Positions 17,494 through 30,020 of a stretch of DNA of 64,000 nucleotides are shown piece by piece. Positions within the stretch are counted from its first letter, which is position 1. The number at the start of each line of letters is the position of its first letter. Source of the DNA: an uncultured Planctomycetota bacterium. GTDB taxonomy: Bacteria > Planctomycetota > Planctomycetia > Isosphaerales > Isosphaeraceae. A program made the translations under genes and the position numbers. The notes beneath the pieces were generated by a model. It was not told the DNA's origin and did no database searches. It saw only the letters and a program-made list of their open reading frames with translations. The stretch is from NCBI GenBank assembly GCA_963737655.1, contig CAVTTN010000002.1, forward strand, positions 1,856,001 to 1,920,000, given 5' to 3'.

Positions 17494-20400
17494 ATGATCG
17501 CTCGATTCCGCGTCTCGATCCGTCCCGCGATCCTCGGCGCGGCGGCGCTGCTCGCCCTCCCGACGGCCGACGCCTGGGGACAGGCCCAGATCCGCGACTT
17601 CACCCGCCCGTTCGTCGTCCTCCACCCCGGAGGCCACAACGCCCCGGTCCGCTCGCTGGTCTTCACGCCCGAGGGGGACGGCCTGCTCTCGGCCGGGCTC
17701 GACAAGGTGATCGATCAGTGGTCGATCGAAGGGGGCCGGGCCCGGTTGGTCCGCACGCTCCGGCCGGCGTCGTGGCGGGGGATGGGCGGGGCGATCTATG
17801 CGATGGCCCTGTCGCCCCGGGCCGACGCCAAGGGCCGTCGGCTCCTGGCCGTCGGCGGTTACGGCGTGTCGAACAATCGCGGGGAGATCCATTTCCTCTG
17901 GTATCCCGGCTCGCCCGACTTCCCCAACGGCGAGACCCTGCCCGGACTCCCCTCGGGCGTGGCCTCCCGGCCCGATCTGCCCGGTCATACCGACACGGTG
18001 ACCGCCCTGGCCTTCACGCCCGACGGCCGCTTCCTCGCCTCCTCGGCCAACGACGGCCGGGTGATCCTCTGGGACATCGCGACCCGGGGGGCGACGATCC
18101 TTTCCGGCCCGGGACGGGCCGTCAACGCCCTGGCGATCCGGCCCGACGGCCGACGCCTGGCCTCCGGGAGCGAGGACGGGCTAGTCCGCCTCTGGGACCT
18201 CGATCGCCGGGCCCTGATCGCCCAGAAGACCCCGGCGCCGACCGAGAGCCGGCCGGGCGACCCCGCCGGGGATAGCGTCCTGACCCTCGCCTTCGCCCCG
18301 CCCCTGGGCGGCTCGATCGCCGTCGGCCGCGAGAACGGCCGGCTCGTCCGCTTCGACGGCGACCGCCTCGACGGCCCGGCGATCCTCAACGGCGAGGACG
18401 CGGGGAAAGGCCCGGTCGAGGCCCTCGCGTTCCGCCACGACGGCCGACTCCTCGCCGCGAGCGTCCTCAAGAAGCCCGCGCACGCCACCCGGCCCGACCC
18501 GGCCTGCGAGATCCAGTTCCGCTCCTATCCCGACGGCGCCCCTCAGCCTTCGGGCCTCTCCAGCGATGGCCTGGTCTATGCCCTGGCGTTCCGCGCCGAC
18601 GACGGCCTCTTCGCGTTCGCCGGAGGGGAGGACCAGTCGATCACCCTCCGCGACCTCAAGGCGCCCGATCGGCCGCTCTTGCGGCTCAAGGGGCAAGGCG
18701 GGAGCCTCCAGGCCGTCGGCTTCGCCGCCGATAATCGGACCATCGGCGTCTCCCGGACGATCGGCGGCGAGCTCATCGGCTACGACCTGGCCGACCGCCG
18801 CCTGAAGCCCGTCGAAAAGGCCGACCTCGCCCCGATCCCCACGACCGTCGACGGCTGGCGGGTCCAGCCGATCGACCCGTTCTCCCTGAGCGTGATCGAC
18901 CCGAACGGCAACGCCCGGACCCTGAAGCTGGACGAACAGAGGGACCGGCGATGGTGGGCCTGGACGTTCCTCCGGCCCCTTCCGGGGCACCACGGCGCGG
19001 CCCTGGCCGTGGCGTGCCAGGGGGGGATCGCCGTGTTCCGGCGTTCGGACCTCCTCCGGACCCGGACGTTCGCCGGCCACGAGGCGGACGTCCTGAGCCT
19101 CGCCCCCTCGCCCGACGGCCGATGGCTGCTCTCCGGCTCGGCCGACCAGACGGCCCGGCTCTGGTCCCTGGCCGGCTGCGACGCGCGACCCCCTCTCGGG
19201 GCGACCTTCCGCCGAGACCCCGCCGGCCGGTCGGTCGTCGCGACGGTCGCGAAACTCGGGTTCGCCGAGGCGATGGGATTGAAGGTCGGCGACGTGGTCG
19301 AGATCCTCGCCGTGAACGGCGTCCGCCGAGAGCCGATCGGCGACCTCGCCGCTCTGGATAACGAGGCGCCGGGCGTCCGCATCGAGTTCCAGGTCCGCCG
19401 GGGGGCCGAGGCGGTCCAGGTCGGCACGACCCGCCGCGATTCGCCCGCGCTGTCGCTGTTCGTGGGCGAGGATCGCGAGTGGGTGATCTGGATGCCGGAG
19501 GGGTATTACGACACCTCGGCCGCCGGCGACCGGGCCTATCTCGGCTGGCACCGCAACGGCCCCACCGCCGACTCCCCCACGGATCATTTCTCGGCCGAGA
19601 CGTTCGAGAAGGAATTCCGGAGGCCCGACATCCTCGCCCGGTTGTTCGCCACGGCCGATCCGGTCCAGGCGTTGGCCCTCCGCGCCAACCCGGCCGAAGA
19701 CCCTCCGGCGATCGTCCAGAGGCAGGGTCCGCCCCTGCTCCGGATCACCACGACGGCCCCTCGCCCGCCCGGTCGGCCGATCCTCACCCCCGCGAATTCG
19801 ATCGCCGTCCGGGCGCAGGTCGCCACGGAAGACCGGGTTCCCGTGCAATCGGTCACGGTGAAGGTGGACGGCCGCTCGGTCGGCCCTCCCCTGGTGTTCA
19901 ACCCGCCTCGCCCCCTGGCCGATCAGCCGATCGAGGTGCCGTTGCATTCCGGGATGCAGAAGGTGACGGTCGAGGCGGTGAACGTCGGCGGGAAGACGAG
20001 GACCGACGGGTTCGAGGTCGTCTCGACGGTCCCTCCGGGCAAGGCCCCGACCCTGCACATCCTGGCCATCGGGGCGTCGTCCCCATTCCAGGACAGGACG
20101 TTCCCGACCATCGCCCTGGCCGACGAGGACGCGAAGGACGTGGCCGGGTTCCTCGCCGCGCCCGGGGGGGCCTCGAAGTTCGAGTCGGTGGACGAGAAAC
20201 CGCCGATCGTCGGCGACGACCTGACCGTCAAGAACCTCCGGGACGCCTTCCGGAAGCTCGAGCGCGACGTGATCGACCCGGCCGACACGGTGTTGATCCT
20301 CCTCGAAACCCACGCGCTCTCCGGGGCCAAGACCCCGCAGGTCCTCACGGCCGACGCGGGCCCCGGGGCCGCCCCGACGGTCGCCGAGATCACCGATTCG

Positions 20401-20813
20401 CTCGGCAAGATCGCCGAGAAGGGATGCCGGGTGATGGTCCTCCTGGACACCGCCCACGAGGGCGCGCCGAAAGATTGCCTCCTCGGGGTGGCCGAATGGG
20501 CCGGGCCCTGACCCGTCGCGGGGTGATCGCCTTCGTCGCCTCGAACGAGGGGCCGAGCCGTCGCGCGATCACTTCTGGCCACGGCGCGTTCGCCCAGGCG
20601 ATCCTGGACAGCACCGACCCGAGAGGACGCTCCCGGACCTGGGTCGATCCCGACCGCCCGATGACCCTCGACGACTTCCGGGACGTCGTCCTCGGCCGGG
20701 TCTCCGAACTCACCGGGCGCAAGCAGTTCGCCGCGTGCTACCTGCCCGTGACCGTCTCGCCCCGAGTCCCCCTCTTCGAACCCAACCGCCCCGAGGCTTT
20801 GAGCTCGAAGTAG
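17494..20813 (+). CDS. Exported WD40-repeat + PDZ-like + degenerate caspase-like (C14) domain protein (apparent 1-nt deletion near 20501)
   Basis: Signal peptide, GH..V..LAF.PDG WD repeats, WVIWMPEGYYD, LHILAIG...DAKDVAGFL, LLETHA and VLLDTAH; continues as ALTRRGVIAFVAS...GHGAFAQAIL in the next frame. Confidence 0.8.
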
Positions 20814-20845
20814 TGGGGAGCTAACCGCCAGGACGCGAGGGAGAC

Positions 20846-21045
20846 TAACCGCCAAGACGCCAAGATCGCCAAGGGCCGAGGAGAGGGAGCGGACGGAGAG
20901 TAATGAAACGCAGATTTCGCAGATTTCGCAGATTTGAAAAAATGCTACTCGCTTTCAAATCTGCGTCCTCTGCGTTTCGATCCTCTTTCTCTCCACCGCC
21001 TCTTCCTCTCCTCGGCCCTTGGCGATCTTGGCGTCTTGGCGGTTA
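20846..21045. repeat. Nested palindromic (REPIN/MITE-like) element, copy 1
   Basis: Perfect 41-bp terminal inverted repeat TAACCGCCAAGACGCCAAGATCGCCAAGGGCCGAGGAGAGG enclosing an inner inverted repeat (CGCAGATTTGAAA...TTTCAAATCTGCG); lies between convergent genes. Confidence 0.9.
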
Positions 21046-21076
21046 ATCTCCCTCTCCCTCCCAAGAATTTGGCGGC

Positions 21077-24000
21077 TCATCCCCCGCCAGGCCGGACCCG
21101 GACCAGGGGGAACGGCTCGCCGGCCCCTTCGGCCTTGGAGGGCGAGGGCGGGGCGTTGGGGTCGGCCTTCGGGCCGCGGTTCTCGACCTTGGCCGAGAGT
21201 TTGGGTAGGTGGCGGTCGAGGTACTGGCGGATCTCCTCGCTGGTGATCTGGCCGTCGCCGTCGAGGTCGGCCGATCCGAGCTCTCCGGCGGAGGCCGGCG
21301 CGGGCTTCAGCCCCTCGGCGCCGAGGCCCTGGAGGATCAGGTAGGTCATCAGGCCGTGGCCCAGGACGTCCGCCTCTCCGGCCGCCTCGCCCTTCCTCGC
21401 CGCCAGGAGATAGGCGGTCCGGGCCTGATGGGCCCCGGCGTCCACCTTCTCTCGGATGCGGATCACGCCCGGGTCGTCGAAGATCGCGCCGGCCTGGCAG
21501 GCGTCGATCACCACGAGCCGGTTCTTCGCGGCCATCCTCGCGAGCGATCGATAGATCGTGGTATAAGGCAGGATGAACGCGGAGTCGTCCGGCCCGGCCT
21601 CGACGGTGATCGGCCCTCGTTGGCCCGGCTCGATCGCCTTCGGCGGGAACGGATAATCGGCGAGGAGCAGGCGGAATCGATCGCGACGGACGTCGGTATG
21701 CCCGGCGACGAAGAAGATGACGGTGTCCTCGGGCCGGCAGGCGTCGCGGATCGCCGCCAGGGCCCGCTCGACCTCCTTCGGCCGGACGCCCGCGTCCTTC
21801 AGCACGAAGTGGAGGCCGTCCCCGGCGTCGGCCCCGTGCGTTTCGAGGAAGGCGCCGAAGTCCTCGGCGTCGCGGTCGGCGAACTTCAGAGGGATCTTGA
21901 CATATTCGCTGATTCCCAGCGCCAACGTGTGGATCCGGCCGCCCGGGCCGCCGACGGGGCCGGCCACCGAGACCTCGTTCGACCGGCCGTGGACGGAACC
22001 CTCGACGGGCCGGGACGCCATCGCCACGAGGCGATTCTCCCCCTTCGCCAGGCGGACGCGAGCGGTCAGGGCCCTCGGGTCGGCCGAGGCGGCGAAGTCC
22101 TCGGAGTCGGCCACGGGCAAGTCGTTGCGGTAGAGCCGCAGGTTTTGCAGGCCGGGCTCGGCCAGGTGGACCGTCACGATCGCCTCCCGCCCGTCGGGAT
22201 CGAGCCGGGGCGGGTCGATCGCCAGCGAGGGCGGGGTCGGGCCGAGGATCGCCGACACTCCGCCGACGGCCTGGCCCCGGCTGATCGGTTCGGTCAGGCC
22301 GAACAGCCGGGAGGCGTCGGCGAAGGCATCCAGGGGCAGGACCGCGTTTCCTTTTCGCCAGGTCACGGCGGTCTCGCCGCCGGGGGAGCTGTCGAACCGG
22401 CCTTCGGGCGTGAAGGCGACCCATCGGCCGTCCGCCGCCGAGGCCCAGAGCGTCCCCAGGGGCGTCTTCGCGTCGTCGGACCAGAAGCGAATCGTGCCGT
22501 CGTCGCCGGCCGAGACGATCGGCAACCCCGGCCCGCCGACGGTGATGGCGTTGACCTGCTCGGTATGCCCCGGCGCCAGCCTCCTCGGCGCCCCGTCGGT
22601 CGCCAGGGGCCAGGCCCGGACGCTCGAATCGGCCGACGAGGCCAGCAGCAGGCCGCCGTCGGGCGAGGTCGCCACCGCCCTGATCTCGCCGTCGAACTTT
22701 CCGAGCGGGGTCGGCCGCGATTTGCCGCCGTCGAGCAGCTCCCAGAGGATCACCCGGCCGTCGCGATGGCCGGTCACGACCTTGCGGCCCGGGAGCATCA
22801 CGGCGGCGGAGACCGCCGGCTTCGCGTCGGGGTCGTCGTCGCCCGGGGCGTGGAGGTCCCAGAGCGGTTCGCCATCGCGAGCGACGTCCCAGACCTTCGC
22901 CGAGCCGTCGATGCTGCCGGTCAGGAGCCATCGCGAGTCGGCCGAGAACCCCACGACCGAGATCGGCGCCTGATGCCCCCGGATCGTCCTCGACGGGCGC
23001 CTCCGGTCGCCGGCCAGGCGCAAACGAGGGGGCCGTCGGGGCTGCCGGCGGCGATCGTCTTGCCGTCGGGGCTGACCGCGACGCCCGCGAACCCCCAGGG
23101 CGAACCCGGCGGGTCGAACCGCTCGGGCCTCCGCGAGCCCGAGGCGCGGTCTACCAGGACGACGTCGCCGCCCAGGCGGGTCATCGCCAGCGTTGATCCG
23201 CCGGGGAGGAACGCCGCGGACGTCCACGCCCCTTCGATCCGGCTCATCCCCCGGCCGTCCCGGAGGTCCCAGACCGAGGCGATCCGGTCGTGGTCGATCG
23301 GGACGAGGTACCGGCCGTCGGCCGAGACCGCGAGGGCGTCAATCCGGCCTCGATGCGGGGCGATCGCGAACCGGGAGGAGCCGTCGGCCGAGGACCAGCC
23401 CCGGATGCCGCCGTCCTGGTCGGCCGAGGCGATCAACCCGCCGTGAGGGGCGAACGCGACGCTCAGAGATCGCGGCCCTTTGGCGGGTTTCTCCAGGGGC
23501 ACGGCCCGGCTGCCCTCCGGCGTGTCCAGGTCCCAGAGGGTGATCTCGCCCGGACCCGAGAGCGCCGCCAGATGGTGGCCGTCCGGCGCGACGACCAGGC
23601 CGGAGGCCCGGTCTCGGAGCGGCAGGGGCTTCGTGGTCGCATCGCCGAATCGGCATGCGATGGCCCCCTTGCCGACGGCCGCCACGGGCCCGGAATCGGT
23701 GATCGCCACGGCCTCGATCGGCCCCGGGAAGCTCCATTCGCGGAGGAGCTCGCCGCTGGGCAGGCTCCACGCCATCATCCGGCCGGAGCGGTCCCCGGCC
23801 ACGAGCCGATGGGGCTCGCCTTCGCGGCTCAGGACGGCCAGGCCCGATTCGCGGACGACTCCCTTGGGCCCCGCGATCGGCTCCAGGGCGGTGCCGTCGG
23901 CCCGGAACCGGCGGATCGTGGTCCCCTGACCGACGACCAGGCCGCTCGCGGCGATCCCGTCCAGGCCCACCGCCACCGCCCCGATCCCGTCGGCCAGCCG

Positions 24001-25251
24001 TCGAGGCCGGATCGCGTCCTTCTCGATCGTCCAGAGGACCAGGCCGCCGGAGAGGTCCAGGGCCGCGAAGCCGGAGCCGCCGGGGAGGAATTCGACCCGG
24101 GAAATGCCGCGAGAATGCGGCCTCTTGCCCGTGAAGACGATCGGTACGAACGTGTCCATCGGCCAGGCGACGACCCGCCCCGCGCCGTCTCCGCTGGCCA
24201 GGATCGAGCCGTCCGGGCTGATCGCCAGGGCCGAGACCCCCATCGTCGGGCCCGAGAGCGTCCTCAGCAGGGCCCGATCGGCGACCCGCCAGACCCGGAT
24301 CGTCGAGTCCATCCCCGAGGAAACCATCGTCGCGCCGTCGGGGGTGAAAACCACGTTCGCCACGCGGTCCGAATGCCCCGATTGCAGGAGGATCTCGGGA
24401 GGCGTGCCGACGTCCCGGAGGGATTTCGGCCACAGGGTCCAGATCGGGCCGAGCCCGCCGGAGACCGAGAACCGCGAGGCGTTCAGGCCCCGATCGCCGT
24501 TGAGCGCATCGAGGCAAGCCAGGCCGTTCTTCGGCGCCGAGGCCGTGCCGAGACCCCGGGCGAGGGCGTCGTGAAACGGGTTCTTCCCGGTCGGACCGGC
24601 CGGCCTCCCGGACATCCACGCCGAGACGCCGGGCCAGCGGGTCAAGGTGGCGAGCATCCGATCGGAGATCGCCAACCGGGGCGGCAACGCCGCGTTGCCG
24701 GGCCCGGCGAACGCCTCGGGATGGGGGACGTCCAGCACCACGAGGGTCGGGTTCTCTCCCGACGAGGCCACGGCGTCCAGGGCCGAATCGAGGGCCCAGC
24801 CGGAGTCGCCCTGGCGATCGGTCGAGACGGCGAGGATGCGGCCGGAGTCCGCGTCCCGGCCCGGGAAGGCCCTGCCGGCGTAGTAGATCACCACGAAATC
24901 GCCGGGATGGAGGCGGGCGCGGAGCCAGTCCCGGCAGGCCCAATCCAGGTTCGCGCGGGTCGCCTTGATCGAGGCCGTCTGGGCGAGGGGGGCGCCGTGG
25001 GCCTCGGGCGCCGAGTCTTCCAGGGCGAGGATGTGCGAGGCGTCCCAGCCCGCCTTTTCGATCAGCAGCCGACGGAAGGCGCGGGGGTCGCGGTCCGAGC
25101 CGGCGAACAGGGCCGGATCGCCGGGGCGGCCGTCCTGGACCTTCACCCCCGCGACGATCGCCCAGGCCTGGGGGGCGTCGGCGGCGAGAGAGGGCCGCGA
25201 TGAGCCGAGGGCGGCGAGGGCCAGGAGCGCGACGAGCCGGCGGGGGTGCAT
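21077..25251 (-). CDS. Exported protein: degenerate N-terminal caspase-like domain, WD40 repeats and C-terminal caspase (C14) domain (apparent 1-nt deletion near 22996)
   Basis: Signal peptide; AWAIVAGV..IYYAGRA..LVVLDVPH; many WD repeats; C-terminal FFVAGHT and VIDACQAG (His/Cys dyad). Start could alternatively be GTG 25335. Confidence 0.8.
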
Positions 25252-25331
25252 GGATCTCACCTTTGGGGGGAGTGGGGCTCGATCGGGGGGACCTCCCCAG
25301 GCCGCCGGGGCGACGGCGACGGCTCCGGCGA

Positions 25332-27530
25332 TCACTTCCCCGTCTTCGGCAGCTCGACGGCCACGCGGAACCCCAGGTCATCCTGCTCCGGGTCCGACGT
25401 CGGGGCGTCCCCGGCAACGAAATCGCGGGCCATCAGCGAGAATTTGTCGGCCAGGGACCGGAACGATCCGCCCTTGACCACGAACTCGCCGGCCTTCGGG
25501 CCCGGGTCCCGGCACCATTCGCGGACGTTCCCGGCCATGTCGAAGAGGCCCTGCTTGGTCATGTCATCGGGATAATTCTTGACCTTGGTCGTCTTCGTGG
25601 GGACGCCGGTCAGGGTGTCGATGTTCGCCTTGCCGGACTCGGGTTCGAGCGGAGAGTCGTCGGACCAGACGTATTTCCGGTCGTATCGGCCCGCCGAACG
25701 CGCCGCGTATTCCCACTCCGCCTCGGTCGGGAGGACGCCGCCGACCCAGCGGGCGAAGTCCTCGGCCTGGGAGTGGGTCACTCCAGCGGCCGGGTGGAGC
25801 AGGATGGCGTCCTCCGGGACTTTCTTCTTGCGGAGCGCGTCCATCGGCGCCAGGAACGAGGCCGGCGGGTCGAGCTTCCTCGCCTGGTAGTACGCGAGCA
25901 TCTGGCCGTTCGTGACCTCGGTCTCTCCCAGGGCGAAATCTCCCACGGTCTCCGGATGGGCGGCGGGGCCCTCGCCCATCACGAACTCCCCGCCGGGGAT
26001 CGTGATCAGGCGGAGGCCGATCGCCGAGGACTCGCCCTTCGGGACGATCGCCGAGGGTCGGCCGTCCTTCGTGAACGTCGATCCCTTGGCCGCGGCGAAA
26101 CCGGAGGGGAGCCCGGACGCCACCGGGACCGGCGTCCGTCCGGTTCCCCCGTCCTTCGACCTCCACAGCGCGAACATGGCCACGGCCAGCAAGAGCAAGG
26201 GGACCGCCACGAGCGAAACCACGAGCCACGTCGGGACGCCCGGCGGGGGCGGCGGCGGGGGCGGTTCCTCCTTCCTCGGCAGGGCCTTGCGGAAGAGCTC
26301 GGCCACCTCCCGGGCCGATGCCGGGCGGTCCTCGGGCTTCTTCTCCAGGCACTTCATCACGAGCTCTTCGACGCCCGGCGGGTACTGCACGGCCGGGTTC
26401 ATCGCCGAGAACGGCGGAGGGGGCGCCGTGATCGTCTCGGCGATGATCCGCGAGGCCGGCCCGGTGAACGGGCGGAACCCGGTCAGGAACTCGTAGAGGA
26501 TCACGCCGACGGAATACACGTCGCTCCGGGCGTCGGCCTTGCCGTCCACCTGCTCGGGGCTGGCGTAGGGGGGCGTCCCCATGAACATGCCGGTCATGGT
26601 GTGGACGTCGGACTCGACGCCCGTGCCCTCCAGGACCTTGGCGATCCCGAAGTCCAGGACCTTCAACTGCTCTCGGCCGAACGGGCGGTCGGCCAGGAGC
26701 ATCAGGTTCGCGGGCTTGAGGTCCCGGTGGACGATCCCGAACTCGTGGGCGGCCTGCAGGACGTCGCAGAGCTGGTCGAGCATCCGGGCGATCCAGTCCA
26801 GGGGCTTCGGCTCCCCCCGGTGGATGATCTTGTCCATGCTGTCGCCGCGGACGTACTCCATGTCGATGAACGCCACGTCGCGTTCGGTCAACCGGGCGTC
26901 GTGGACGGTCACGGCGTTGGGGTGGTTGAACCGGGCCATCACCCGGGCCTCGCGGAGGAAGCGGCCTCGGGCGTGGGAGTCGTTGGAGATCCCGGCGATG
27001 ATCAGCTTCAGGGCGCGATCGACGTTGAGCTCGCGGTGGGTGACGAGCCAGACGGCCCCCATCCCGCCGCGGCCCAGCTTCTTCTGGACGAGGTATCGGC
27101 CGAAGACGACCTGGCCGGGCTCGAACTCGCCGGTGGCCTCCAGCGTGTCCCAGAACGCGCCGGAGGGGCCGCCGACGGGCTTCTCTCCCGAGGGGGACGG
27201 CGAGGGCGAGGCCGCGCGATCGGCGTCGGACATCGGCCGGGTCGGCGGCGACGAGTCGTCCCAGCCGGCGGTCTCCGGGGTCGAGGGGAATTCCACGGTC
27301 GGCTGAGGCCCGGGGTCCCTCGGGGCGTGGCCGAACGGGGCCGTCGTCTCGGAGACCCCGGTGCCCGGCTGGACGGCCGTCTCGCCGAACTCCTCGGGCA
27401 CGGCGGCGGCCGTCGGAGGCGTCGGGTCGTCGGCCCCGGGGGCGCCGTCCCGGCCGAGCTTGGCCGTGTTGTCCGAGTCGCCGTCATCGGCGGCGCCGTC
27501 GGTCCAGGCTGTCTCCGGGTCGCCGGTCAT
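25332..27530 (-). CDS. Ser/Thr protein kinase with TM and FGE-sulfatase (SUMF1) domain
   Basis: LGRGGMGAV, HRDLKPAN, DFG, GTPPYASPEQ, TM helix, LPTEAEWEYAAR and DMAGNVREW. Confidence 0.92.
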   Translation of the reverse strand: MTGDPETAWTDGAADDGDSDNTAKLGRDGAPGADDPTPPTAAAVPEEFGETAVQPGTGVSETTAPFGHAPRDPGPQPTVEFPSTPETAGWDDSSPPTRPMSDADRAASPSPSPSGEKPVGGPSGAFWDTLEATGEFEPGQVVFGRYLVQKKLGRGGMGAVWLVTHRELNVDRALKLIIAGISNDSHARGRFLREARVMARFNHPNAVTVHDARLTERDVAFIDMEYVRGDSMDKIIHRGEPKPLDWIARMLDQLCDVLQAAHEFGIVHRDLKPANLMLLADRPFGREQLKVLDFGIAKVLEGTGVESDVHTMTGMFMGTPPYASPEQVDGKADARSDVYSVGVILYEFLTGFRPFTGPASRIIAETITAPPPPFSAMNPAVQYPPGVEELVMKCLEKKPEDRPASAREVAELFRKALPRKEEPPPPPPPPGVPTWLVVSLVAVPLLLLAVAMFALWRSKDGGTGRTPVPVASGLPSGFAAAKGSTFTKDGRPSAIVPKGESSAIGLRLITIPGGEFVMGEGPAAHPETVGDFALGETEVTNGQMLAYYQARKLDPPASFLAPMDALRKKKVPEDAILLHPAAGVTHSQAEDFARWVGGVLPTEAEWEYAARSAGRYDRKYVWSDDSPLEPESGKANIDTLTGVPTKTTKVKNYPDDMTKQGLFDMAGNVREWCRDPGPKAGEFVVKGGSFRSLADKFSLMARDFVAGDAPTSDPEQDDLGFRVAVELPKTGK

Positions 27531-27762
27531 GGGGCGGTTCCGATCCCGACCGAAGGAATGGGCGAGGCCCGGGGGATCTCGGGAATACCCCCGGGCCGGG
27601 CCGTACATGATCGTGAAGGCCCCGGCTCGCATTGTACGAGGTGCGCGGCGGTCGCCACAACCGAAGGGGGCCGCCCGGCCGCCCGCCTTGCACCCGGGCG
27701 ATCCCTGTGCGACGATTTTCCCCGCGAGAGACCGATCCTCGCGGACCGAAGCGGAGGCGGCG

Positions 27763-29901
27763 ATGCCCGCGACGTATACCCAGGCCCATCGGGCCTTGAT
27801 GCTCACCCCGCCGGCCCCCCTGGCCAAGGATGACCTCCTCCTGGTCGGGTTCCACGGCCACGAGGCGATCTCCTCCCTCTTCGCCTTCCATCTGGACCTC
27901 ATGGGCGAGAACGGCAAGGCCGTCCCGTTCGACCAGGTCCTCGGCAAGAAGGCCACCGTGCAGCTCGGGCTGCCCAACGTCCCGCCCCGGTTCTTCAACG
28001 GGATCGTCAGCCGGATCGCCCAGGGACGCCGGGACCAGGACTTCACCCGCTACCAGATGGAGATCGTGCCCGAGGCCTGGCTCCTGACCCGCTCCGCCCG
28101 GAGCCGGATCTTCCAGCAGGTCACCGTCAAGGAGATCCTCGCCGAGGTCTTCGCCGGCTTCTCCGTCGACCTCCGCCTCAAGGGCCAGTACCAGTCCCGG
28201 GATTACTGCGTCCAGTACCGCGAGACCGACTTCAACTTCGCCAGCCGATTGATGGAAGAAGAAGGGATCTTTTACTACTTCACCCACGACGCCAAGAACC
28301 ACGTGATGGTGATCGCCGACAGCCCGGACGTCCACCCCCAGCTCGGCGACGCGATCGTGTACGAGGAGCTCGAGGGCGGCGAGCGCGACGACCAGCGCGT
28401 CTTCGACTGGGACAAGGCCCAGGAGCTCCGCTCGGGCAAGTTCACGCTCTGGGACCACTCGTTCGAGCTCCCCCACAAGCACCTGGACGCGGAGAAGACG
28501 CTCCAGGACTCGGTGACCGTGGGCAAGGTCACGCACAAGCTCAAGGTCGGGCCCGGCGAGAAGCTGGAGATCTACGACTATCCCGGCGAATACGCCCAGA
28601 GGTTCGACGGCGTGAGCCCCGGGGGCGGGGATCGGGCCTCGGACATCGACAAGATCTTCCAGGACAACACGAGGACCGTCGGCATCCGCGCCGAGCAGGA
28701 GGCCGCCCAGGCCCTGGCGATCCGGGGTGCGGGGAACGTCACGGCGTTCGTCCCCGGGGTCCGCTTCAAGCTCGCCCGCCACTTCGACGCCGACGGCCCG
28801 TACCTGCTGACCTCCGTCCACCACTCGGCGGCGGTCTCCAGCGACTACCGGTCCGAGGGCGAGGCCTACTCCTATCAGAACTCGTTCGGGGCGCTGCCCG
28901 CGGGCCTGCCGTTCCGGCCGGCGAGGGTCTCGCCCAAGCCGGTGATCCACGGGACGCAGACGGCCGTGGTCGTCGGCCCGGCGGGCGAGGAGATCTTCCC
29001 CGACAAATATTCTCGCGTGAAGGTGAAATTCCACTGGGACCGCTCGGATCATCAGCATATCGACGCGTCATGCTGGGTTCGCGTCTCCACCCCCTGGGCC
29101 GGCAAGCACTGGGGGATGATCCACATCCCCCGGATCGGCCAGGAAGTGGTCGTCGCCTTCGAGGAAGGGGACCCCGACCGCCCGTTGATCGTCGGCAGCG
29201 TCTACAACGCCGACATGATGCCGCCCTACGACCTCCCGGCGAACAAGACCCAGAGCGGGATCCAGTCCCGTTCCTCCAAGGGGGGCGGCCCCCCCCATTT
29301 CAACGAACTGCGGTTCGAGGACAAGAAGGGCTCGGAACAGGTCTTCTTCCACGCCGAGAAGGACTTCGTCCGCGAGGTCGAGAACAACGACACCCTGACC
29401 GTCGGCATCCCCGGCGACTCGCTGAAGGAAGGCAACCAGGCTTCCACCATCTACAAGGACCGGACCGCGACGATCCTCCACGGCAACGAGCTCCTCACCG
29501 TGAAGGAGGGGAACCGGACCGTGGAGGTCACCCAGGGGGACGACCTCCACCACGTGAAGACCGGCAACCGCACCGTGAACGTGGACACCGGCAACGATTC
29601 GCACACCATCAAGACCGGCAACCGCTCGGTCGAGATCGGCATGGGCAACGACTCCCTCCTGATCAAGATGGGCAACCAGACGACCAAGCTCAACCTGGGC
29701 CAGAGCACGACCGAGGCGATGCAGTCGATCACGCTGAAGGTCGGCCAGAGTAGCCTCGTGATCGACCAGATGGGCGTGACGATCAAGGGGATGATGATCT
29801 CGGTCGAGGGGCAGGTCCAGACGTCGGTCAAGGGCCTCATGACGCAGATCAACGGCGACGCGATGCTGACGGCCAAGGGCGGGATCACGATGATCAATTG
29901 A
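27763..29901 (+). CDS. vgrG: Type VI secretion spike protein VgrG
   Basis: YCVQYRETDFNFASRLMEEEGIFY, GTQTAVVVGPAGEEI, SCWVRVS, PRIGQEVVVAFEEGDPDRP, NELRFEDKKG and gp5-like C-terminal beta repeats; GGAGG RBS. Confidence 0.97.
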   Translation: MPATYTQAHRALMLTPPAPLAKDDLLLVGFHGHEAISSLFAFHLDLMGENGKAVPFDQVLGKKATVQLGLPNVPPRFFNGIVSRIAQGRRDQDFTRYQMEIVPEAWLLTRSARSRIFQQVTVKEILAEVFAGFSVDLRLKGQYQSRDYCVQYRETDFNFASRLMEEEGIFYYFTHDAKNHVMVIADSPDVHPQLGDAIVYEELEGGERDDQRVFDWDKAQELRSGKFTLWDHSFELPHKHLDAEKTLQDSVTVGKVTHKLKVGPGEKLEIYDYPGEYAQRFDGVSPGGGDRASDIDKIFQDNTRTVGIRAEQEAAQALAIRGAGNVTAFVPGVRFKLARHFDADGPYLLTSVHHSAAVSSDYRSEGEAYSYQNSFGALPAGLPFRPARVSPKPVIHGTQTAVVVGPAGEEIFPDKYSRVKVKFHWDRSDHQHIDASCWVRVSTPWAGKHWGMIHIPRIGQEVVVAFEEGDPDRPLIVGSVYNADMMPPYDLPANKTQSGIQSRSSKGGGPPHFNELRFEDKKGSEQVFFHAEKDFVREVENNDTLTVGIPGDSLKEGNQASTIYKDRTATILHGNELLTVKEGNRTVEVTQGDDLHHVKTGNRTVNVDTGNDSHTIKTGNRSVEIGMGNDSLLIKMGNQTTKLNLGQSTTEAMQSITLKVGQSSLVIDQMGVTIKGMMISVEGQVQTSVKGLMTQINGDAMLTAKGGITMIN

Positions 29902-29903
29902 GA

Positions 29904-29979
29904 GTCGGGTGCCGGAAAGGCACCTTCTTCCTGCCTGGAGGTTGCGTTCATCGAAGATGGTGCATTTCATGCACCCTAC
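29904..29979. repeat. GTAG-type REP doublet (left arm degenerate)
   Basis: GTCGGGTGCCGGAAAGGCACC ... TGGTGCATTTCATGCACCCTAC. Confidence 0.75.
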
Positions 29980-30020
29980 GGCATGGGGAACTTCCGGGAA
30001 CGGGACGAGGTTCGACGCGA

